A stretch of 64,000 bases of DNA, taken from the NCBI GenBank assembly GCA_964397255.1, contig CAYNHQ010000001.1, positions 275,849 through 339,848 of the forward strand, written 5' to 3'. Under the pieces are notes generated by a model. The model saw only the letters and a program-made list of their open reading frames with translations, ran no database searches and was not told the origin of the DNA. Both the position numbers and the translations under genes were made by a program. Origin of the DNA: an uncultured bacterium (lineage in GTDB: Bacteria > Bdellovibrionota_G > JALEGL01 > DATDPG01). Positions within the stretch are counted from its first letter, which is position 1. The number at the start of each line of letters is the position of its first letter. Below, piece after piece: positions 48,528 to 57,973 of the stretch.

Positions 48528-50279
48528 TTAAATGGATTTGTGTCGTTGTTTAGTGGCTTGATCGATCCGCCGAGTTGCGTTTCCGTTTCGGAAGAAGGTA
48601 CGAAAGGTTTCGATCGGCATCGGTTTGCCAATGAAGAATCCCTGAACCTCATGGCAACCGATTCTTTTGAGATATGTCAGTTGTGAATTGTGTTCCACCC
48701 CTTCCGCGACGACTGAAACACCAATGCGCCGGCACAATGCAATCATAGAGCGTACAACTTGGGTGTCACTCAAACGCTCCGGTACGTTTTGAATCATTCT
48801 CTTATCAAGTTTTAACGTATCAAACGACTGACGGATCAAATAATCGAGAGAAGCGTAACCGCTTCCGAAATCGTCAATAGCGATTCGTACACCGAATCTT
48901 CGAAGGCCGCCCAAAATCTCGACAATCTTTTCCCAGTTTGGCACGACCTGACTTTCGGTTAATTCCAGCTCCAGAAGATTGGGCGGGACTCTATATTCCT
49001 CGCATAAGCTCATGAATTCTTCGGCGAAGCCGGGACGAAGCACCTCGGCGGGGGATAGATTGACCGAAACCACGAATGAATCGCCCGAATCGAGGCATAG
49101 CCGCATGGTTTTCAGGACATGCGTGACCACCCAACGACCAAGTTTTTCCATTTGTCCATGTTTCTCCGCCAAATCGAGAAAATCACCAGGGAACAGGAGC
49201 CCCCTCTCGGGTGATCTCCAGCGAAGGAGAGCTTCCGCTCCACTTACGGTTCCCGAGGAAAGCTGCAACCTGGGTTGATAGACGACTTCAAACTCATCTT
49301 TGTCCACAGCTTGCTGAAATTGCGCCTCGACATCTGTTCGAGTCTCTTGATGAACCAGAAAAGAGCTGTAGAGCCGGTATTGTCCGGAACCGCCGCGTTT
49401 TGCCGCATACATTGCAATGTCGGCCCGTTGGAGGAGAACTTTTGCGTTGCTTCCATCCCGCGGATAAATCCCGATACCGATGCTTGGCGAAATGTGAATT
49501 TGCTCATTTCCGAAATGAATCGGTGCTTCAAAAATATGCATCACCTTTTCAGCCACCTGTGCGGCGCTCGCCGCATCGGATACATCGGGAACGAGAAGTG
49601 TAAATTCGTCACCTCCAAAACGGGCGACGGTATCCTCTGAGCGAATTGTTTCAGAGATTCTCTTGGCGACTTCTTTAAGCACGTAATCACCGGCTTCATG
49701 TCCCAAACGGTCGTTCACCTCTTTGAATCGGTCGAGATCGATAAAAAAGATGGCAAACGAACTCTTTTCCCGATTCGATCGCGTGATCAATTGATAAAAC
49801 CGGTCGAAAAAAAGCTGGCGGTTGGGAAGTTGGGTCAGCAAATCGAAGTGAGCCAACTTCTGGATTAATCGTTCGGTACTTTTTCTTTGAATCGCGTAAA
49901 GAATCGAACGTGTCAGAGGTTGCGCCTCTATTTCCCGTTTCGGGATGAAATCTTGAGCCCCGCATTGAATGGCTTTCAATCCTAGCGATTCATCCTCATG
50001 TCCTGTTAACACTACAATGGGCACGCTCGGCTCGATCGCCATCATCCCTCGGACCGTTTCCAGTCCATTGCCATCCGGCAGCGATAAATCGAGCAGAACT
50101 ACGTTGAAGGTCATTCGATTCATCACATCTCCGACGTCGGCCAAGCGCCCCACGCTCGTGATCTCGAACCTTTCCTCTCCGGGCCCTTTCAAATACTCGC
50201 TTACCAGGCGTGCGTCCGCCGGATTATCTTCAACCAGAAGTATCCGAATCGGTTCACTCATCAGTGAGCCATCCCCCAA
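48528..50279 (-). CDS. Response regulator with GGDEF and EAL domains (c-di-GMP turnover)
   Basis: REC ILLVEDNPADARL; GGDEF (RFGGDEF); EAL domain (ELELTES...DDFGSGYASL). Confidence 0.88.
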   Translation of the reverse strand: MGDGSLMSEPIRILLVEDNPADARLVSEYLKGPGEERFEITSVGRLADVGDVMNRMTFNVVLLDLSLPDGNGLETVRGMMAIEPSVPIVVLTGHEDESLGLKAIQCGAQDFIPKREIEAQPLTRSILYAIQRKSTERLIQKLAHFDLLTQLPNRQLFFDRFYQLITRSNREKSSFAIFFIDLDRFKEVNDRLGHEAGDYVLKEVAKRISETIRSEDTVARFGGDEFTLLVPDVSDAASAAQVAEKVMHIFEAPIHFGNEQIHISPSIGIGIYPRDGSNAKVLLQRADIAMYAAKRGGSGQYRLYSSFLVHQETRTDVEAQFQQAVDKDEFEVVYQPRLQLSSGTVSGAEALLRWRSPERGLLFPGDFLDLAEKHGQMEKLGRWVVTHVLKTMRLCLDSGDSFVVSVNLSPAEVLRPGFAEEFMSLCEEYRVPPNLLELELTESQVVPNWEKIVEILGGLRRFGVRIAIDDFGSGYASLDYLIRQSFDTLKLDKRMIQNVPERLSDTQVVRSMIALCRRIGVSVVAEGVEHNSQLTYLKRIGCHEVQGFFIGKPMPIETFRTFFRNGNATRRIDQATKQRHKSI

Positions 50280-50806
50280 TTGATTGGAAGCTTCGCCGTG
50301 TCCAGCCAGAAGTTCTTGATGACTTTGATGACTTCCATGAAGTCATTGAGGTCCACGGGCTTGTTAATGAAGCAGTTTGCGTTAAGTTCATAGCTCATCA
50401 GGATGTCCTCTTCGGCCTGGGACATGCTGAATACAATAATCGGGATTCTTTTCAGTCCGATGTCTTGTTTGATTTCCGCCAAAACGGTGCGTCCGTCTTT
50501 TTTAGGAAGATTCAAATCCAGTATGATCAAGTCGGGCGTTCGCGAGTTGGCGAAACCGGATTTCTTTTTTAAGTAGTTCATGCAGACGACGCCGTTGTTG
50601 GCGATCCGCAGGTGATAGTCAAACCTACTTTCCTTAAACGCTTCCGCCATTAATCGTACATCTGCAGGATTATCCTCCACCAAAAGGATGAAAGGAGGGC
50701 GCCGCGTGCGTGTCTGAGTTTTAGGGTGAAAGAACGTGAACTTGTTTGGGACCTCTTCCTCTTGTATTTTAAGTGTCTCTTCTTCCGCTTCTTGTCGGTT
50801 GATCAT
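50261..50806 (-). CDS. Single-domain response regulator (Rcp1-like)
   Basis: ILLVEDNPADVRL, LIILDLNLPKKDG, IPIIVFS, FINKP. Confidence 0.8.
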   Translation of the reverse strand: MINRQEAEEETLKIQEEEVPNKFTFFHPKTQTRTRRPPFILLVEDNPADVRLMAEAFKESRFDYHLRIANNGVVCMNYLKKKSGFANSRTPDLIILDLNLPKKDGRTVLAEIKQDIGLKRIPIIVFSMSQAEEDILMSYELNANCFINKPVDLNDFMEVIKVIKNFWLDTAKLPINWGMAH

Positions 50807-50972
50807 AACTCGAGTCCTCCTTTTCGTAGCGGGATAAAGGTGATCACTCTATTTTACTCGTAATTCTTCATCTCTTTTCGCGCAGCGCCGGGACATGACC
50901 TTCGCATCTTCCTGCGGCGCGCAATCCGCGGTGCGATTGCCCCTACTTTTTCGGCTTTCGGCGGCAACCTCC

Positions 50973-50990
50973 TGAAATGAAAACATTTCA
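50973..50990. promoter_or_regulatory. Palindrome TGAAATG-aaaa-CATTTCA upstream of the REC/REC-GGDEF-EAL/REC operon
   Basis: Perfect 7-bp inverted repeat; about 170 bp upstream of the REC gene start at 50806. Confidence 0.35.
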
Positions 50991-51127
50991 TTCAATATTT
51001 ATCCGAAGCGAAAACGAACGAATGGACCGGCGGAAGCGATTTCGAACGAGCGAAGAGACTAACTAATGAAAAATTCGCCTGCGTTTCAATAATACTTTTG
51101 TGCTCCGGAACAAAGGCTTTACGAAAG

Positions 51128-52342
51128 TCAAGGGGCTGTTGGATTCTTAAATCGAACCTGGCTGGTTTCTTGAGGAAGAAGAAAATGAAAAGTCGTTCCA
51201 ACCCCCGGCGTTGATTCAACCCAAATTCGGCCCGCATGGCGCTCGACGATTTTTTTGCAGATGGCGAGGCCGGTTCCGGTGCCCGCATAAGTTCCAGGCT
51301 CATGCAGGCGGCGGAACATTAGGAAGACCTGTTCCGAATATTGTGGGTCGAACCCAATACCGTTGTCTGAAACGGAGAACACTGTCCCTTCCATCGTTTC
51401 TTCTGCCGTGACTTTGATAACCGGTAAAAGGTGTCCGTGAAACTTTAAAGCATTCGAGAATAGATTTTGAAATAGCTGAGTCAGCTGGATTGGATCGGAA
51501 TAAATTTTGGGAAGCTTGCCGATTTCAATTCTTGCTTTGTTCTCATCAATGGAAACCTTGAGGTTTTGTATCGCGTTTTTTACAGCCGCACGGGAATCGA
51601 CCAATTTTAGTTCGATGTCATCTCTACCCGCGCGAGAATAATCTCCCAGGGAACGAATCATCTCCTGTAAATGTTTCGATCCGTTAACGATGTAATTGAT
51701 AAACTCATTTCCTTCCCCCTCAAGCCGATCTTTGTATCTTCGCTCCAAGAGTTGAGTGAAGCTCGCGACTGTGCGCAAAGGCTCTTGAAGATCGTGAGAA
51801 GCAATGTAAACAAACTGCTTGAGCTCCTCGTTCTTTCTTTCCAGCTTTTGCGCGTACTTTCTTAAGTCTCGTTCCGCTCTTTTTCTTCCCTCCACATCCC
51901 TCAGAAAAAGAGCAAACAGTCTCCTTCCTCCGGAGGGGATTTCAGCGAACGAGTATTCCACGGGAAATTCATAGCCCGTAACTCGAGCGGCTGTTCCTTC
52001 GAGCTGCTTCCCAATGTGAGCCTGCGCCCATAGGGAGATGGATCGCCCGCGAAGAGACGTAAGAAATTTTTCTGCGGGATGGTCTTTAGCTTCTTCTCGA
52101 GTCGTATGAAAAATTTTTTCTGCGGAAGGATTAAAGTCGACAATAATCCCCTTTTCATCGAGGAGAAGGATCGCATCTAAAGAAGCGTCGAGGACTGCCC
52201 GCCATCGGGTCTCGGTGATTCGAGAGCGGGCCTCTTGAAAAGCAAACTTTTGGGCTGTTTCGCGCAATTTGCGGACTTTGGACAAACGATTCTCGGCCCT
52301 TGAAAGCCTTTGATTACTCACGAGGGAAGCTTCTCCTGGCAA
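51128..52342 (-). CDS. Cytoplasmic PAS-domain sensor histidine kinase
   Basis: PAS (LLLDEKGIIVDFNPSAEKIF), HisKA (ASHDLQEPLR), HATPase_c (DNGIGF...GTGLGLAICK). Confidence 0.85.
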   Translation of the reverse strand: MPGEASLVSNQRLSRAENRLSKVRKLRETAQKFAFQEARSRITETRWRAVLDASLDAILLLDEKGIIVDFNPSAEKIFHTTREEAKDHPAEKFLTSLRGRSISLWAQAHIGKQLEGTAARVTGYEFPVEYSFAEIPSGGRRLFALFLRDVEGRKRAERDLRKYAQKLERKNEELKQFVYIASHDLQEPLRTVASFTQLLERRYKDRLEGEGNEFINYIVNGSKHLQEMIRSLGDYSRAGRDDIELKLVDSRAAVKNAIQNLKVSIDENKARIEIGKLPKIYSDPIQLTQLFQNLFSNALKFHGHLLPVIKVTAEETMEGTVFSVSDNGIGFDPQYSEQVFLMFRRLHEPGTYAGTGTGLAICKKIVERHAGRIWVESTPGVGTTFHFLLPQETSQVRFKNPTAP

Positions 52343-52728
52343 ATTTCACGCGCACTTCGCAGGAGATTGTCGGCTCCAACCGGCTTTTGTAGAAATGATG
52401 TGATGCCCAGTCGTTGCGCCGTCTTTTCCTGCACTTTATTGCAGGAGAGAACCATGGTGGGGATCGATCGAAAATTCGGTTCGGTCTGTCGTCTTTCCAG
52501 GAACTCAATTCCATTCATTTCGGGCATGAGAATGTCCAGGATGATGAGCTGCGGTTTGACACCGGATTTTTCCAGCACTTCCAGCGCCTCCACTCCATTC
52601 GACGCGGTGGTGATTTCATATCCCTCCAGACGAAGGAGTTCGGCCAAACTCTCCCGAATTTCCGGATCGTCTTCCACAATTAATATGTTGCACGACGTAC
52701 GTCTGACACCAGCTACACTTGATGCCAT
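52318..52728 (-). CDS. CheY-like single-domain response regulator
   Basis: ILIVEDDPEIRESL, LIILDILMPEMNG; 136 aa. Confidence 0.85.
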   Translation of the reverse strand: MASSVAGVRRTSCNILIVEDDPEIRESLAELLRLEGYEITTASNGVEALEVLEKSGVKPQLIILDILMPEMNGIEFLERRQTEPNFRSIPTMVLSCNKVQEKTAQRLGITSFLQKPVGADNLLRSAREICQEKLPS

Positions 52729-52791
52729 GAGCCCCTCCCAATTCGTTCCTTTAATGATACCTTCGAAACTGCGCCGGTTTCAAAGTGGGAA

Positions 52792-52805
52792 AAATGATGT
52801 CATTT
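52792..52805. promoter_or_regulatory. Palindrome AAATGA-tg-TCATTT (shares CATTTCA with 50973-50990) upstream of the REC-histidine-kinase operon
   Basis: Seen in sequence about 65 bp upstream of the REC gene start at 52728. Confidence 0.3.
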
Positions 52806-52899
52806 CAATGTCTTTCGCCCGATCAGGAGCTTTCGCTTGAGATCGATCGAAAGGCCGAAGGGGCGAAATCGCGGAAAATATCGATTGTCAACCTCTAGA

Positions 52900-53976
52900 T
52901 TACTTTATCTCCACCCTATGACTTGTCTGTGAATCCATTTTTTTTGCAGCCGCCACACTTTCGGGACGCTGTTTCAGCTGGTAGATGGCGACATTTCGAG
53001 CATGCTCTTCATATGTCTTGGCGAACACATGTGTCCCTTTTCCATTGGCGACAAAATATAAGTAATCGGTTTGTGCCGGGTGAATCGCGGCGTTCAATGA
53101 GGAAGCACCCGGATTCGCAATCGGCCCCGGCGGGAGCCCCGATATGCGATACGTGTTGTAGAGAGTGGTAGTTTCTAAATCTTTCTTTGTGATGTTCCCG
53201 TTGAAATTTTTGATTCCATAAATCACGGTTGGGTCACTTTGAAGCCGCATCTTTTTTTTGAGCCGGTTGTGAAAAACGGACGAAACAGTGGGCTGCTCAT
53301 CCACCACGCTGGTTTCCTTTTCAACAATGGACGCAAGCGTCACCCATTGCAGTAGAGACAAGTGCAGTGATTTAGCGAGCGCTTCGTTTTGGGGCGTTGC
53401 GATGTCACGGAAACGAGCGACCATTGTCTCGATCATGCGGTCAGGATGATCCGTTTTAGCAAAATAGTAAGTCTCAGGGAAAAGAAATCCTTCAAAACTG
53501 TCCGCTGGAATTTTCAAATATTGAAGAAAATCTTTCCGAGCGAGGAGATCCGTGAAGGCCTTTGAATCTATCAAATGATTTTCCCAAAGGACTCGAGTGA
53601 TTTCTGCAACTGTACTTCCTTCCGGAAACGTCACTTTGTGAAGAATCACTTTTCCTTCCAGCAGGATCTTCAACGTCTCCCAAGGGGGAGAAGGAACAGG
53701 GAACCGATATTCTCCTGGTTTCAATAGAGATTGTTTCCGCGTGAGGCGAGCCAGGAGTCGAAATTTCCATGGAGAGACGAGTACCCCCGCGTCTCCCAAC
53801 TCCCTCGCCATCTCTCGCACTGAAATATTGGGCTTAATGAAGAGAACGGTGGAGTCTCGTGCGACCGGTGGAACATTTCGGACAAATGTCAACGCTTCAA
53901 TCGCTAAGAAGAATGAAACAACGCAAGTAAACACTCCCCAATAAATCCAGAAAAAGAATGTTCGTTTGGGATTCAA
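52900..53976 (-). CDS. mltG: Endolytic murein transglycosylase MltG (YceG family)
   Basis: N-terminal TM segment, YceG-like domain; 358 aa. Confidence 0.75.
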   Translation of the reverse strand: MNPKRTFFFWIYWGVFTCVVSFFLAIEALTFVRNVPPVARDSTVLFIKPNISVREMARELGDAGVLVSPWKFRLLARLTRKQSLLKPGEYRFPVPSPPWETLKILLEGKVILHKVTFPEGSTVAEITRVLWENHLIDSKAFTDLLARKDFLQYLKIPADSFEGFLFPETYYFAKTDHPDRMIETMVARFRDIATPQNEALAKSLHLSLLQWVTLASIVEKETSVVDEQPTVSSVFHNRLKKKMRLQSDPTVIYGIKNFNGNITKKDLETTTLYNTYRISGLPPGPIANPGASSLNAAIHPAQTDYLYFVANGKGTHVFAKTYEEHARNVAIYQLKQRPESVAAAKKMDSQTSHRVEIK

Positions 53977-54383
53977 CGGACCGTCCGATTCGCGAGAAAT
54001 CCCTGTAGAATTAGGGAGGCCGCAAGACTATCGCGCACCTCCTTTCTTTTTTTTCTTCGAACATTTCCTTGTAAAAGAATGTGCTCCGATTCGGATGAGG
54101 AAAGACGTTCATCCCAAAAATGAATCGGCCGATCGGTCTTTGCACGAAGAACCTCGGCAAATCGTTCCACTTCTTGGGCCATCTCCGAAGGTTCTCCTTT
54201 CATCGAGCGAGGATATCCGAAGACAATTTCAGAAACTTCGTTTTCTTCAATTAATTTGAGAAGAGCTTCGATTGGCTTTCCCTTGCGCGGGATCATTCCT
54301 ATAGGCTGTGCGGTAATCCCGAGCGGGTCGCTAAGTGCGAGGCCAATACGCTTGCGGCCGTAGTCGAGAGCAAGAATTCGCAT
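53973..54383 (-). CDS. ruvX: Holliday-junction resolvase-like nuclease RuvX/YqgF
   Basis: MRILALDYGRKRIGLALSD; 136 aa. Confidence 0.88.
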   Translation of the reverse strand: MRILALDYGRKRIGLALSDPLGITAQPIGMIPRKGKPIEALLKLIEENEVSEIVFGYPRSMKGEPSEMAQEVERFAEVLRAKTDRPIHFWDERLSSSESEHILLQGNVRRKKRKEVRDSLAASLILQGFLANRTVR

Positions 54384-54417
54384 TTTTTCAATGTTACACG
54401 TTCAAGATAGCGGCGAC

Positions 54418-55980
54418 TTAATTTTTATTATTCGAAGCGCCGACCACCGTTCCGGTGGGTCGCGGGGAAGCAGCCGGCAGCTTGGGTTGGAAAGCCATGT
54501 CAATCGGGCTGCGCCCGTGGAAATCAATCGTTCCACCCAAATTATCGATTTGAACACTAAACCCGTCCAGTTCTCCGATCGTGACTCGATTCAAGACAGG
54601 ATCGGCGACTCCCACAACTGAAGCATCTTTTCCCTTTGCGCCCCAAGAGCCGGGATCGAGGGCAATGGATGTCGGTGCGCCTCCCAATTCATTCACTTGA
54701 CCGTACTTTCTAGACTCATATCCACCTGGGTCGAGAGGGTAAGTCAGAAGTTGCGAGCCCTTGATGGCCAGAACAGTGCTGCCATTCGGATGGGCAACGA
54801 TATCGGTAAAACCACCAAGCGATGGCCGGCCCATTTGTCCTCCCCAAAGTTCCAAATATCCTGAAGGAAGAGTTTGATTTTCAATTTGAGAATGCTCGTC
54901 CGTCGTCGGAGTTGGGATTCGGTAGGGTCCCAACTGCATAGAAAGGAAGAACACTCCAAGTTCATTCGCTGCGATCTTCATGGGTACTCCACGAAACGTC
55001 TGCGAGCCGAAACCAAACCCAGCGTAAGCTCCCATCGGGTTTCCGGGATAACAACCGCGGCCAAATCCTTGACTATAAAAAGATTCGGCTACATCGATCG
55101 GCGCGCCGGCATTTTCGCTCAGGTAACAAACATCGAAGGTGCCGTTCACGCCCGGTAATGCGCCATTTGTAGGATCTCGTCCGATATAAAGCCTTTCTCC
55201 GTCGGGACTGAAGGCGATACTTGTCACTCGACCCGTTCCAAAGCCGACTTGCTCTCGAACTTTTCGAACCACCGATGTTCCCGTTCGAATATCGATGGCA
55301 TCCACGCGAAGAATCGACGCACCGTCATTGGTAGCAATCGCAATCAGCTGACCCAACGGAGTTCTGGCACTGGCTATTTCTGTGGGTCCGGAGATGGTGG
55401 GGATGAGGTCCGGGGTTGCAATTCCTCCCGCGCGCAGAATGGGTAAATACAAAACCTTGTTGCATCCTGTAAGCGTGGCCAAGACCACCGTTCCATCGGG
55501 CGTAAATGTGATTTGGCTCATATGACCCTGTTCACGGCTGATGCCTCGCAAGCGCGTGGCGAACCCGAGTGGGTAAGCTCGAATTCCGCTACTGGCAAAA
55601 GAGCGATTGGTGTATCGGTCCAGAAATGAGGCATCGGCTCCCACAAATTCTCCCTGGAGTTGATAGGCCAAGATGTCGACCGCTCCCTTTTCTCCCGGAC
55701 AATCTCCCGGAGTCGCAAGCTGGGGAGTTTGAAGTTCTCCTCCGTAGCCTCCGTTCGGATTTCTCTTCTGATTTAATTCTCCGCCGTAAGAACCATAGGC
55801 CGGGCCTCCCGGAGTATCGTTATTTTGAATGGAGAGAACGGCGGCAACTCGTCCATTGGAGGCATAAGGAGCATTCAATGCCGAAAGAGGGTGCTGTGCA
55901 TCAATTCCATGCCCACCGCCAGAACATGCGGACAGAAATATCGGAACTAGGCCCAACCCAATGAAATACGAACGATTCAT
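54418..55980 (-). CDS. Secreted lipoprotein with beta-propeller-type repeats (NHL/SMP-30-like, tentative)
   Basis: Signal peptide LVPIFLSACSGG; Gly-rich repeated beta segments. Confidence 0.35.
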   Translation of the reverse strand: MNRSYFIGLGLVPIFLSACSGGGHGIDAQHPLSALNAPYASNGRVAAVLSIQNNDTPGGPAYGSYGGELNQKRNPNGGYGGELQTPQLATPGDCPGEKGAVDILAYQLQGEFVGADASFLDRYTNRSFASSGIRAYPLGFATRLRGISREQGHMSQITFTPDGTVVLATLTGCNKVLYLPILRAGGIATPDLIPTISGPTEIASARTPLGQLIAIATNDGASILRVDAIDIRTGTSVVRKVREQVGFGTGRVTSIAFSPDGERLYIGRDPTNGALPGVNGTFDVCYLSENAGAPIDVAESFYSQGFGRGCYPGNPMGAYAGFGFGSQTFRGVPMKIAANELGVFFLSMQLGPYRIPTPTTDEHSQIENQTLPSGYLELWGGQMGRPSLGGFTDIVAHPNGSTVLAIKGSQLLTYPLDPGGYESRKYGQVNELGGAPTSIALDPGSWGAKGKDASVVGVADPVLNRVTIGELDGFSVQIDNLGGTIDFHGRSPIDMAFQPKLPAASPRPTGTVVGASNNKN

Positions 55981-56104
55981 CGTAGTGGGTCTACTAACAC
56001 TATGCGTTATTTTATTCAATCTAGACACCATGGTCAGGTTCTCGGCGGGATAGAGATCAAGTTATGTGCCAGAAGCCGCGACTATAGGAAGGCGATTAAA
56101 TCCA

Positions 56105-56152
56105 ATAATATTAACGCCTTAATATTAATATTAATCGATTAATATTAGTAAC
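56105..56152. promoter_or_regulatory. Cluster of four AT-rich palindromes (TTAATATTAA type) in the divergent region upstream of pgpA-cinA-recA
   Basis: AATAATATTAAC, TTAATATTAATATTAA, TTAATATTAG within 50 bp of an otherwise GC-balanced intergenic region. Confidence 0.4.
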
Positions 56153-56240
56153 TAGCTGCCCCCTATTCGCCCCCATGGGTACTCTCGGTCCCCTTCCTTT
56201 TTTCTCTTTCTTTGCGGCTTGGGTCGGCTAAGGTCCCCGC

Positions 56241-56702
56241 GTGAAATACTCCGTCCCATTTTGGATCTCCACAGCGGGCGGAGTCGGTCTCGCGCCGAAA
56301 GCCCCCGGGACCTTCGGCTCGCTTGTCGGCCTTATTCTCTTTTTTGGTATCGGACTGCTTTCTCCTTCCAACCAGTCCATTGTTTTTTTTCTTACGTTAG
56401 CCCTTGCATGGTGGGGCGTGACCGCATTCGAACGCGAGACTGGAATTCATGACGATCAACGAATCGTCATCGACGAAGTTCTCGGAATTTGGTTGACGCT
56501 CTTTGCTTTTCCTCTCGATGCTCGGTGGCTGGGAATCGGATTTATTCTTTTTCGCCTTTTCGACATTCTCAAGCCCTTTCCTGCCAATTGGATTGATCGA
56601 AAACTGAAAGGAGCCGCGGGGATAATTTTGGACGATCTTGTGGCCGGACTTTTTGCGCAAGCGCTTCTTCGAGTGGCCTATCAAATGTGGGGACATGCGT
56701 GA
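56241..56702 (+). CDS. pgpA: Phosphatidylglycerophosphatase A
   Basis: WISTAGGVGLAPKAPGTFGSLVGL N-terminus typical of PgpA; 153 aa. Confidence 0.8.
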   Translation: MKYSVPFWISTAGGVGLAPKAPGTFGSLVGLILFFGIGLLSPSNQSIVFFLTLALAWWGVTAFERETGIHDDQRIVIDEVLGIWLTLFAFPLDARWLGIGFILFRLFDILKPFPANWIDRKLKGAAGIILDDLVAGLFAQALLRVAYQMWGHA

Positions 56703-57961
56703 TTCTTGAACTCCTGACTTTGGGCGATGAACTCCTAGACGGCCGGAGAGTGGACACGAATACTGCGTGGCTGGGTCGAAAATTTACGGCTCTTGGTATT
56801 CCTCCTCGCTTTCGTCAAACCACCACCGATCGAATGGAGGATATTGTAGCGGCGTTTCAGCTTGCACTGTCTCGCGCTGATCTTGTCATTTCTACGGGAG
56901 GCCTGGGTCCTACTGCCGACGACATTACGTTCGAGGCACTTGCCAAAGCCTTGGGAAGACCGCTGGAGTTTTATCCGGATGTTTTTCGCCGGATTGAAAA
57001 ACGATTTGAAGAAAAGGGTATTCGATGCCCTTCTTCCAATCGTCGCCAGGCGATGCTTCCTCGTGGAACGGTCGAATTGGTCAACGAATGGGGAACGGCT
57101 CCCGGAGGAAAAATCGAAGAAGAAGGGAAGACGGTCTTTGTGCTACCGGGAGTGCCTCTAGAAATGGAGAATCTATTTGAACGTCATGTTCAGCCCAAAT
57201 TGGAAGAAGCTCTTGAAATAAAGGAGCGTCGCTTCGAGCGAATTTATAAGATCGTGGGTCTTCCCGAATCGCATGTAGAAGAGCGAGTGGATGCTTGTAA
57301 GCTTTCGGAGATTAAAGACGCCGACATTCGCATCGCTTACACCGCATCCTTTCCACAAATTGATGTAACTCTGTCCGCCGCCTCGAAGAGTTTGTCGGCG
57401 GACAAAATATTTAAGGAAACCGACAAAAGAATCTCGGAATCTTTTGGGGACCATTGGGTCGCCTTAAATCAAGAGACCCTTGAAGAAAGGGTGATCCGTG
57501 AGCTTCAGAATCGAAAATGGACCCTTTCCGTTGCGGAGTCACTGACCGGGGGATTGGTTCTTTCCCAGTTGATCAATGTGCCGGGCAGTTCCGAAGTGAT
57601 CGAAAGTGGAGTAGTGGCCTATAGCAACAAATCGAAGGTTGAACTTTTAGGGGTTGCAGAACAAAACCTTCAAAATAATGGGGCGGTTTCTGAATCGTGT
57701 GCCCTAGAAATGGCGAAAGGCATCCAGAAACGGGCCGAAACGACTCTTGCGGTCGCCACAACGGGAATTGCCGGACCCGGGGGGGGTGCAACCCCCGAAA
57801 AGCCGGTCGGCCTCCTTTATATTGCTTGGGTAGGTCCTCAAGTGGAGGAGGTCCGGAGATATCAGTTTTCATGGGAGAGGAATCGCAATAGAATGCTCGC
57901 CGCAACGGAGGCGTTGCGTGGTCTGTTACGGATTGTCGCGGGCCCCCACCTTCATTCTTAA
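56687..57961 (+). CDS. cinA: CinA-family protein (competence/damage-inducible; NMN amidohydrolase PncC domain)
   Basis: MoCF-binding N-domain ILELLTLGDELLDGRRVDTN; C-terminal CinA domain; directly upstream of recA. Confidence 0.85.
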   Translation: MGTCVILELLTLGDELLDGRRVDTNTAWLGRKFTALGIPPRFRQTTTDRMEDIVAAFQLALSRADLVISTGGLGPTADDITFEALAKALGRPLEFYPDVFRRIEKRFEEKGIRCPSSNRRQAMLPRGTVELVNEWGTAPGGKIEEEGKTVFVLPGVPLEMENLFERHVQPKLEEALEIKERRFERIYKIVGLPESHVEERVDACKLSEIKDADIRIAYTASFPQIDVTLSAASKSLSADKIFKETDKRISESFGDHWVALNQETLEERVIRELQNRKWTLSVAESLTGGLVLSQLINVPGSSEVIESGVVAYSNKSKVELLGVAEQNLQNNGAVSESCALEMAKGIQKRAETTLAVATTGIAGPGGGATPEKPVGLLYIAWVGPQVEEVRRYQFSWERNRNRMLAATEALRGLLRIVAGPHLHS

Positions 57962-57973
57962 AAGGAGAACGAG

